This document shows, in pieces, positions 24,726-32,000 of a stretch of DNA of 32,000 nucleotides. The stretch lies in NCBI GenBank assembly GCA_963662715.1, contig OY759724.1, positions 150,001-182,000 on the forward strand, given 5' to 3'. Position 1 is the stretch's first letter, and every line of letters starts with the position of its first letter. Position numbers and translations under genes: made by a program. Source of the DNA: Candidatus Omnitrophota bacterium. Lineage in GTDB: Bacteria; Omnitrophota; Gorgyraeia; Zapsychrales; JANLHA01. The notes beneath the pieces were generated by a model. It was not told the origin of the DNA, ran no database searches, and saw nothing but the letters and a program-made list of their open reading frames with translations.

Positions 24726-26675
24726 ATGATATTGATTTCCGATTTTCTTGCGGGTAAAATAATTATAAAAACAATTACGTTCGTAGAAGTTAGGAATAAA
24801 ATCTTGTCCTCGGGCCCCCATTTAAAAAGAAAGCTGACCCTCATTGATGTCTTTTGCATTGCGTCAGGAGCCATGATCAGCTCCGGGATATTTATCCTGC
24901 CGGGCATGGCGCATGCTCAGGCCGGTCCCGGGGTGATTTTCTCATATCTCCTGGCAGGAGTCCTGGCTATTCCGGGCATGCTCAGCCAGGCGGAACTCGT
25001 TTCGGCCATGCCCAAGGCCGGGGGAACATATTTCTACGTAACAAGAAGCATGGGATCGGCCATGGGCACAATTGACGGGGTCCTAACCTGGTTCTCTCTT
25101 TGCTTGAAAACAGCCTTTGCTCTAATCGGTATGGCGGCCTTTGTAAAATTAATCATGCCCCCCGCGTCCTTTTTCATGCAATCCGATCTGGGGCTGACCC
25201 TGATCGCTTTACTGTTATGCCTGTTTTTTATAGTACTGAACTTTATCGGGATCAAAGAAGCCGGCCGCATTCAGACCTTTCTTGTCTTCTGGCTTTTTGC
25301 CATACTCACGCTTTATGTTTTTAAAGGAATTCCCTCCGTCAAAATCTTCCATCTTGATCCCTTTGCGCCGCACGGGGTAGACGCCATTTTTTATACGGCC
25401 GGATATGTTTTTGTCGCTTACGGAGGATTACTGAAAGTGGCGAGTATTGCGGAAGAGGTTGTGCAGCCGGCCCGTACGATTCCCCGCGGCATGATTCTGT
25501 CCCTCTGCGCCGTCAGTATTCTCTACACTCTGGTCGTTTTTGTCACTTGCGGGGTTCTCGGCTCCAGCCAGTTGAACCATTCCTTAACGCCTCTCTCTGA
25601 CGGGGCAGCCGTCTTCTGGGGTCCGCCGGGAAGAATTCTCTTGAGCATAGGAGCCTTGCTGGCTTTCATTTCAACGGCTAATGCGGGAATCATGTCCGCG
25701 TCCCGGTATCCCTTTGCCCTGAGCCGCGATAAACTTCTGCCCCCGTTCCTGAAAAAAGTGCACAAAGGGTTTCATACGCCTTACAATGCGATCCTCTTAA
25801 CCGGAGGCATCATTATTCTTGTCCTGTTTCTGAAGCTGGAAATCCTCATCAAGGTGGCCTCAACCGTTCTGATTCTGACATTTATCTTCTCTAATTTATC
25901 CGTAATTATTCTAAGAGAAAGCCGCATTCAAAATTATCAGCCCCGTTTTTTCGCACCGCTCTATCCCTGGATGCAAATTATCGGAACGATTATGCTGGCG
26001 TTTATCTTGTTCGAGATGGAAGGGGAAGTCTTCCTGATTGCTTTAAGCTTAATGGCATGCGCCGTACTGGTTTATATGTTCTACGGACGCATTCGTTCCA
26101 ACCGCCAGTCCGCCCTGCTCAGTTTGATCGAAAGAATCACCGCCAAAGAACTTGTCAGCCACTCCCTGGAAACAGAATTAAAGGAGATCATCCAAGAAAG
26201 GGATGAAATCGTTAAAGACCGTTTCGACCATATCATTGAAGAAAGCAGTATTCTCGATATCAAAAAACAGCTGACGGTTCTGGAACTTTTTAAAGAAGTC
26301 TCCGAGGTTTTAAGCCAGTCCCTGAATATCCCTTCTTCGGTCCTCTATCATTTGCTCCTGGAACGCGAGAAAGAAAGCACCACCGTCATCAGTCAGGAAA
26401 TCGCCATCCCTCACATTGTTATTGAAGGGACCCGGAATTTTAGCATCCTTTTGGTCCGGAGTCATCGAGGCGTCATCTTTTCCCCAAAAGCCAAAAAAAT
26501 CCAGGCCATCTTTGTTCTGGTGGGGAGTCGCGATGAAAGGAACTTCCACCTCCGGGCCCTAACGGCCATCGCACAGATCGTCTCGGACCCTCATTTCATG
26601 AAGAAGTGGCTTGAAGCCCGCTCCGTCAGCCAATTACGGGACATTGTTCTTCTGGGGAAACGCAAAAGGAAATAA
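24726..26675 (+). CDS. APC-superfamily amino acid permease fused to a C-terminal PTS EIIA(Ntr)-type domain
   Basis: 649 aa. About 12 TM helices (SGAMISSGIFILPG) precede a soluble tail of about 140 aa with TTVISQEIAIPH and FVLVGSRDE...HLRALTAIAQ. The first 26 codons look non-native. A TTG at 24804 with AGGA 8 nt upstream is an alternative start. Confidence 0.85.
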   Translation: MILISDFLAGKIIIKTITFVEVRNKILSSGPHLKRKLTLIDVFCIASGAMISSGIFILPGMAHAQAGPGVIFSYLLAGVLAIPGMLSQAELVSAMPKAGGTYFYVTRSMGSAMGTIDGVLTWFSLCLKTAFALIGMAAFVKLIMPPASFFMQSDLGLTLIALLLCLFFIVLNFIGIKEAGRIQTFLVFWLFAILTLYVFKGIPSVKIFHLDPFAPHGVDAIFYTAGYVFVAYGGLLKVASIAEEVVQPARTIPRGMILSLCAVSILYTLVVFVTCGVLGSSQLNHSLTPLSDGAAVFWGPPGRILLSIGALLAFISTANAGIMSASRYPFALSRDKLLPPFLKKVHKGFHTPYNAILLTGGIIILVLFLKLEILIKVASTVLILTFIFSNLSVIILRESRIQNYQPRFFAPLYPWMQIIGTIMLAFILFEMEGEVFLIALSLMACAVLVYMFYGRIRSNRQSALLSLIERITAKELVSHSLETELKEIIQERDEIVKDRFDHIIEESSILDIKKQLTVLELFKEVSEVLSQSLNIPSSVLYHLLLEREKESTTVISQEIAIPHIVIEGTRNFSILLVRSHRGVIFSPKAKKIQAIFVLVGSRDERNFHLRALTAIAQIVSDPHFMKKWLEARSVSQLRDIVLLGKRKRK

Positions 26676-26720
26676 AATTTCGTTTACACCGGACTTGTTG
26701 AATTATCCTAAAGCCCGTTG

Positions 26721-27377
26721 TTATCTTTGCCGGTAAACCAAAACGTACAATGTCTGCAGCGAAAAATGATAAAAGAAATCCTCCAGCGGGATCGTCCCCA
26801 CCCGAAAGCCCCAGATGGCCTGGGCATGATAAATGACGACCGGCCTGCTCGTCAGGGCAGAATTAAAAACAAGGAACGGGATATACGTGACCGTTAAAAA
26901 TATCCAATACCGTCTGGAAGAAAAAAGCTGCGGGGCGATCTGCAGGACAACAAATATCGTGGCCGCGGAAACCGCCAAGACAGCGCAGGTATAACTCTGT
27001 CTGAGGAAAACAACGCCCAGGCAGGCCAAGAAAACCGCGGCGGCCGACAGCATCTTCTGCGGTTTACAACAAATCCGTTCAGGATGGAAATAAGCCACTG
27101 TTTCATAAATAAAAAGACAGCTGTAGGGCATGACCAAGAAAAAGAATATTTCCTCAAAAGGCAGCCCCAAAAACCTTACGCCCAATATATATGATTCATG
27201 AAATGTCCAGTGCCCCAAAGCATTGGCCGCGACATCCCAGAGGACAAAAAAAATTCCTACCATAAATGTGGCCCTCAAAACGGCAGACAATTTTTTAAAG
27301 TAATTGATCCGTTGATCAAACGTGAGAAGCAGCGGGATAAACAGGATCCACAGATCCAGCCACAGATAAAATCTCAT
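26721..27377 (-). CDS. Lycopene cyclase domain protein (fused CrtYc/CrtYd-type)
   Basis: 218 aa and polytopic. It has two copies of the P-x-E-[ED] motif (LPFEEIFFF and IPLEDFFYH). It lies immediately downstream of crtB. Confidence 0.7.
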   Translation of the reverse strand: MRFYLWLDLWILFIPLLLTFDQRINYFKKLSAVLRATFMVGIFFVLWDVAANALGHWTFHESYILGVRFLGLPFEEIFFFLVMPYSCLFIYETVAYFHPERICCKPQKMLSAAAVFLACLGVVFLRQSYTCAVLAVSAATIFVVLQIAPQLFSSRRYWIFLTVTYIPFLVFNSALTSRPVVIYHAQAIWGFRVGTIPLEDFFYHFSLQTLYVLVYRQR

Positions 27378-27396
27378 AGGTCTTTACGATGACAGG

Positions 27397-28236
27397 TTAA
27401 TACCATTGGAATTTTTCCTGCAAAAAAGCGCGCAGAAGCAGCCATAACTTATGGCTGTTGGAAATCCGGGTCCGCTGCTGAACAACATCCTCCAGAGAAT
27501 GCTTCCGCAACTTTTCAAACAGAGCGACATAATAACAATAGACCGAAAATACGGCCAACCGGACGGATGCGGGCAGTTTCTTTATACCGTCTAGGGCTTC
27601 CTGAAATTCCTGGTCAATTTCCCGTTCGATTCTCAATTTATGCTCCCCGGAAATCTCTTCTTTGTTTTTCACATCAGGCAGATAAATGCGGTTGCGGATA
27701 TCCAAATCGCTCCCAATATCTCTCAAAAAATTAACCTTCTGAAAGGCCGAGCCTAAATAGCAGGCCGGTTTTTTTAACTGAAGGTACCTGGACTGGTCGG
27801 GGAAACAGAAAACCTGAAGGCACATCAGCCCCACGACCTCTGCCGAGCCGTAGATATACTCCTGATATTGCTGTTGGGTAAATGTTTTCCTGGTCAAATC
27901 CATGCGCATGCTGTGGAGGAAGGAATCAATCAAGGCCTGATCTATGGCATACTGATTCACGACATGTTGAAAGGAATGCAGGATCGGATTGGTGGAAATG
28001 CCCTCCTGAATAGCCCGGAATGTCTCCGTCTGGAATCTTTCCAGGAGGTCTTTCTTGTTGAAATCATGAAACGTGTCCACAATCTCATCCGCCATACGGA
28101 CAAAACCGTAAATACCATAAATCGCGAGTTGATAACGGACAGGGAACAACCTTATCCCCAGGCTGAAAGACGTGCTGTATTGCCGGGTAAGGGTGGAACT
28201 TAATTTTTGGGAAACATTAAGATACTGATCTGTCAT
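27397..28236 (-). CDS. crtB: Phytoene synthase (squalene/phytoene synthase family)
   Basis: 279 aa. It has YSTSFSLGIRLFP and two Asp-rich motifs (YGFVRMADEIVD, FLRDIGSDLDIRNRIYLP). It overlaps the crtI stop by 20 nt. Confidence 0.8.
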   Translation of the reverse strand: MTDQYLNVSQKLSSTLTRQYSTSFSLGIRLFPVRYQLAIYGIYGFVRMADEIVDTFHDFNKKDLLERFQTETFRAIQEGISTNPILHSFQHVVNQYAIDQALIDSFLHSMRMDLTRKTFTQQQYQEYIYGSAEVVGLMCLQVFCFPDQSRYLQLKKPACYLGSAFQKVNFLRDIGSDLDIRNRIYLPDVKNKEEISGEHKLRIEREIDQEFQEALDGIKKLPASVRLAVFSVYCYYVALFEKLRKHSLEDVVQQRTRISNSHKLWLLLRAFLQEKFQWY

Positions 28237-29716
28237 CTCGCATTATCCTTTCTAAAACCAGTTTAGAACCGATAATGACCATCGGCAATCCGGTGCCGGG
28301 AATCGTCGAGGCGCCCACGTAATAAAAATTAGAGAATTCTTCGTCTTTATTGGACGGCCGGAACCATCCGATCTGCCGCATACCGTGACACAACCCCAAC
28401 CCCGATCCCCGGTAGAGATTAAACCGCCGCCCCCAGTCCTCCGGTGTCCAGACTTCGCGGACAAGCGTCCGCTGTTTCAAATTAACATCGATCCGGGCCG
28501 ATAAATCCGCGAGAATGCGGTCCGCGACCGCCTCCTTATCGTGCCAATCCGGCTTGAAGCGCAAATCCGGAGAAGGACAAAGGATAAAGATATTTTCGGT
28601 CCCGGCAGGACAGCACCCGTCAAAAGCTTTCGACAACACATTGGCATAGTAGTAAGGATTCCGGGGGATACTATTCGACGAAAAAATGGTGCGGGCATAA
28701 TCCCGGAAATCGTCTCCGAGGAAATAATTATGATAAAGCAGGTTCTCAAACCGTCCCTTCACGCCCAGATAAATCGTAAAAGGGCCTAAACTCCAATCCA
28801 TTTTATCCAATCTTCCCGGGAGGAAAGCCTTCCTCTCCAGGATACGGCCCCGGAAAGCCGCCGCGTCGGAATTGCACACAAAACAATCCGCGTCCCATCT
28901 GCTTCCGCTCTGGTCTTCGAGAGCGACCGCCCTTCGCCCCTCGGATAAAACACGGACCACTTCCGTATCATAAATGATATCGACGCCCCGCTCCCGGAGA
29001 ATGCGGACAAGGACCTCTACGATTTTGTACATCCCTCCCTCGACCACCCAATACCCGTCATGCTGCATTTCGATATAATTTAATAATGAATAAATGGCCG
29101 GGGTCCGGAAAGGCGTGCTACCGAGAAAAAAAGAGACCAAAGTAAAGATGATCTTCAATTCTTCTGTTTCAAAATAACAGCCGGCCTGCATCCACATATT
29201 CCGGAAAAGATAAGGCAGATGTTTGACCGGAACCCGGCTGAGTTTACGAAGATAGTCGGGCAGGCTGAAGAAATTCGTTCGAATGACGCGGGTTTCTGTG
29301 TCATGATAAAAATTTTGCGCCTTTTCCAAATACGCAATGATCTTTTTTTCCAGATACGGTTCTATCCCGGACAATTCCTCGCCTAATTGTCCGGGCTCCT
29401 TCCAAATCCGGAAAGGCCGCGGATATTTTTTGAAGAAAATCTGATACCCCGGGTCCATGGACTTCAGTTGAAAGGGGAAAGGAATCTGGCAGGAGTCAAA
29501 AAGTTCCCTGATCTCATAACTCATGCTCATAAACGAAGGGCCTGAATCAAAAACATGCTCTCCCAACCGCAGCTGATTCAGGCGGCCCCCCGCTCTGTCA
29601 TTCTTCTCTAACAAGGTAACAGAATAGCCGGATACGGACAGTCTTAGTGCCGTGGCCAGACCTCCCAACCCCGCTCCGATGACAACAACTTTCTTCATCC
29701 TTAATGACTTTGCCAT
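28217..29716 (-). CDS. crtI: Phytoene desaturase family FAD oxidoreductase (CrtI-type)
   Basis: 499 aa. It has the dinucleotide fold VVVIGAGLGGLATALRLSVSGYSVTLLEKNDRAGGR and the C-terminal motif YYVGASTIPGTGLPMV. The start could instead be the Met at 29698. Confidence 0.8.
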   Translation of the reverse strand: MAKSLRMKKVVVIGAGLGGLATALRLSVSGYSVTLLEKNDRAGGRLNQLRLGEHVFDSGPSFMSMSYEIRELFDSCQIPFPFQLKSMDPGYQIFFKKYPRPFRIWKEPGQLGEELSGIEPYLEKKIIAYLEKAQNFYHDTETRVIRTNFFSLPDYLRKLSRVPVKHLPYLFRNMWMQAGCYFETEELKIIFTLVSFFLGSTPFRTPAIYSLLNYIEMQHDGYWVVEGGMYKIVEVLVRILRERGVDIIYDTEVVRVLSEGRRAVALEDQSGSRWDADCFVCNSDAAAFRGRILERKAFLPGRLDKMDWSLGPFTIYLGVKGRFENLLYHNYFLGDDFRDYARTIFSSNSIPRNPYYYANVLSKAFDGCCPAGTENIFILCPSPDLRFKPDWHDKEAVADRILADLSARIDVNLKQRTLVREVWTPEDWGRRFNLYRGSGLGLCHGMRQIGWFRPSNKDEEFSNFYYVGASTIPGTGLPMVIIGSKLVLERIMRDDRSVS

Positions 29717-29970
29717 TAAATATTATTTAAATCAGGGAGCTTGCATGGTTTCATGAATGTACGCCTCAACAGGATCTTTGATCCCGACTTATCTTCTCGA
29801 ACGGGCCCTGAATCCGACGTCCCCCACGGCAGCGGACTAAAAGATTAGAAAAATAGCAGATAAATGAAATACCTCTCAAATCTCCGGGAACCGTCATCGG
29901 CAGGAAGACCATGAACGATCCCCGGGACACTCAATTTCAGATCAAAAGGACAGCCGCGCAACACATAAAA

Positions 29971-32000
29971 TCATGACAAAACAATCCTTGCATCAACAGC
30001 ATAACTGCCGTCTTTATTGCTTACAAGAGGATTCATGTCGATCTCTTTAACGACAGAGGAAAGCTTCTGTATCGCACAGATCGTTTGTATAATCGATTCC
30101 TTGTGCGCCGCCATTCCGCGAAAGCCGTCTAGAATTTTACGGCTTTTGATCTCGTGGATCAAACGTTCCGCTTCCACGGCACCGAAGGGGACGACCCGGA
30201 AAGACACGTCTTTCAGGGCTTCCACAAACACGCCTCCGAGCCCAAACATAACCACAGGGCCGAATTGAGGATCACGGCTCATGCCGACGATACATTCGAC
30301 CCCCTGCACCATCTGAACCAAATTCACACCCAGCAATTTGGCCTGCGGCTGAAGACGGGCAATATTTTCCATCATGGCCGTGTATTTTTCCGTTAACTCT
30401 TCGGCCGTCTTTATGTTAAGAACAACACCCCCGACGTCTGTCTTATGGACAATATCCGGAGAAGCTATTTTCATCGCTAAAGGATATAATCCTTCCGCTT
30501 TTTCCACAGCTTCATCCAATGACTGCACGAAAGCAGACGGCGGGGTCGGAACCCCGCACAATTCCATGACTTCTCTCGCTTCCTGTTCCATCAATATGGT
30601 CCGGCCTTCCGCCTTTACTCTCTCAATGATCTCCACCGCTTTTTCCGGAGGGGGTTCAGAGACCGGGTTGTCTTTGGGGCGGGAAGAAATATCTTTCCAG
30701 GCATACAGGGCCTTTAAAGAGGACACGGCTTCATCAACAGCGCCAAAGGCAGGGATATTTTTCCCGTTCAGATAATGCAAGGCCTCCCTGGAACGTTCGC
30801 CGCCCACCATCGTGACAACTAGAGGCTTCTTCCTGCCGGATTGATCATATTCAGCCGCAATCGATTCGGCGATAGATAAAGGATCCGTTACCGCTGTCTC
30901 ACAATATAAAATAATCACGGTATGGATACGGTCTTCCGAGAGAGCTTCGTGAGCAGCTTGACGATATTGCTCCCCATGTCCCTGTCCGGTGATATCGATC
31001 GGGTTTTTCGTGCTGCCGAAATCCGGCATTGTCTTGCGGAATTTTTCTTCCAGCCAGCCGGGATCATCCATAAGATCGATATCCGCAGCTTCACACTCGT
31101 CCGTAGCGAAAACGCCGATCCCGCCCCCGTTGGTAATGATGACCGTCTCATGGCCTGCGGGAAGCGGTAAAGACAGGCTGCGGGACCAGTTGAAAGCTTC
31201 CGTAAATGTATCGGCACGTAAAACTCCCATCTGCTTAAATGCCGCAGCATAAATACCGTCACTTCCGGCCAAAGATCCTGTATGCGACGCCGCCGCTTGG
31301 GCTCCCCGCTGTGACCGGCCGACTTTTAAAACAATAACCGGCTTCTTTATTTCTGTCTGCAGGAAAGATTTTCCGTCCTTAATCCCTTCCATATAACTCA
31401 CGACAACATCCACGTTCTCATCCTGATTGAAGAATTCGATCAGGCCGCGCTCCTCAACGTCCACCTTATTTCCCAGGTTGACCAAAGCCGCCAACCCGAT
31501 TCTTTCCATAACGGTCCAGCCCATTAAGGCAATCGCCAGAGCTCCGCTTTGCGAAATGAAAGCGATCTTTCCCGGCAAGACAGTTTTCGGCCCGAAACTG
31601 GCGTTCAGTTTTGCCGGGGTGTAAACAATCCCCAAAGTATTGGGCCCCAGGACAGACATATGATTTTCATCGGCAATTTGCTTGATCATTTCTTCCTCTT
31701 CATTATTGCCGACTTCCGAGAAACCCGACGTAATCAGGGAAACATTCTTAATCCCCTTCGCTGCGCAATCCTTCATCGTTGCAACAACAAACTTGGCGGG
31801 GATCGCGATAACGGCCAGATCAACGGCCGACGGGACATCCGAGACCGACGGATACGTTTTTTGACCTAAGATCATCTCCTCTTTCGGGTTAATAGGAAAA
31901 ATGTCCCCGGCAAAACCAGATTCAATGATATTCTGCAGGATCTGGAAACCTATTTTTGCCGGATTGGCAGAAGCGCCAATGATGGCAACACTCTTGGGAT
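29971..32000 (-). CDS. ADP-forming acetyl-CoA synthetase / acetate--CoA ligase (fused alpha-beta); the 5' end runs off the window
   Basis: The track lists 29971-31875 from the first Met, but the frame stays open to 32000 (PKSVAIIGASANPAKIGFQILQNIIESGFAGDIFPINPKEEMILG...). It has a CoA-binding domain, the phosphohistidine loop AASHTGSLAG and a C-terminal ATP-grasp domain. Confidence 0.88.
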   Translation of the reverse strand, partial: PKSVAIIGASANPAKIGFQILQNIIESGFAGDIFPINPKEEMILGQKTYPSVSDVPSAVDLAVIAIPAKFVVATMKDCAAKGIKNVSLITSGFSEVGNNEEEEMIKQIADENHMSVLGPNTLGIVYTPAKLNASFGPKTVLPGKIAFISQSGALAIALMGWTVMERIGLAALVNLGNKVDVEERGLIEFFNQDENVDVVVSYMEGIKDGKSFLQTEIKKPVIVLKVGRSQRGAQAAASHTGSLAGSDGIYAAAFKQMGVLRADTFTEAFNWSRSLSLPLPAGHETVIITNGGGIGVFATDECEAADIDLMDDPGWLEEKFRKTMPDFGSTKNPIDITGQGHGEQYRQAAHEALSEDRIHTVIILYCETAVTDPLSIAESIAAEYDQSGRKKPLVVTMVGGERSREALHYLNGKNIPAFGAVDEAVSSLKALYAWKDISSRPKDNPVSEPPPEKAVEIIERVKAEGRTILMEQEAREVMELCGVPTPPSAFVQSLDEAVEKAEGLYPLAMKIASPDIVHKTDVGGVVLNIKTAEELTEKYTAMMENIARLQPQAKLLGVNLVQMVQGVECIVGMSRDPQFGPVVMFGLGGVFVEALKDVSFRVVPFGAVEAERLIHEIKSRKILDGFRGMAAHKESIIQTICAIQKLSSVVKEIDMNPLVSNKDGSYAVDARIVLS

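Noticed and set aside
26721-29716. crt genes as hopanoid/squalene HpnCDE genes instead of carotenoid genes
   Set aside because: Only one synthase-family gene is present, whereas HpnC and HpnD are two. The third gene carries the duplicated P-x-E-[ED] lycopene cyclase-domain motifs. Carotenoid synthesis is the better reading, though it is unverified.
1-32000. CRISPR arrays, tRNA/rRNA genes, IS elements, integrases, toxin-antitoxin or known defence genes
   Set aside because: Scanning the intergenic regions and the ORF translations by eye showed no spaced repeat arrays, cloverleaf-like tRNA sequences, transposase/integrase motifs or recognisable defence domains. A short or degenerate element could still have been missed without tools.

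Overview
The window is gene-dense, and most genes lie on the minus strand. It looks like core signalling and central-metabolism DNA from an anaerobic, probably uncultivated bacterium. The gene content (single-chain PFOR, ADP-forming acetyl-CoA synthetase, GH57, a TIGR04073-like protein, a fused membrane/spermidine-synthase-like protein) resembles Omnitrophota/PVC-type lineages, but I cannot verify that from sequence alone. I found no rRNA, tRNA, CRISPR array, transposase, integrase or obvious prophage or defence genes. Gene order: pilC (partial) and pilB lie downstream of a two-component cluster (PAS histidine kinase with a C-terminal PilZ domain, a REC-only regulator, a tandem-REC regulator). 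Next come a TPR exported protein, a DHOD-like flavoprotein, PFOR, an orphan GAF histidine kinase and a YihY/BrkB membrane protein. A plus-strand cluster follows: a NosR/NapH-like flavo-FeS membrane protein, a 91-aa anchored peptide, an AmmeMemoRadiSam-type radical SAM enzyme and an unlisted 55-aa peptide. After that come the fused membrane/spermidine-synthase-like protein, an SDR, the TIGR04073-like protein, GH57, a short pyruvate kinase, an APC permease fused to an EIIA-like domain, crtI-crtB-lycopene cyclase, and a partial ADP-forming acetyl-CoA synthetase. The best candidate for something undescribed is the 14.4-17.2 kb cluster. There the radical SAM gene is cut off from its own N-terminal signal/motif module by a single in-frame TAA. 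It is flanked by two short exported or anchored peptides that share a DSSG...HEA-x-[YF]-[WY]-K motif, and it sits next to a transmembrane electron-transfer protein instead of the usual AMMECR1/Memo partners. All functional calls come from reading motifs by eye; no database search was run.
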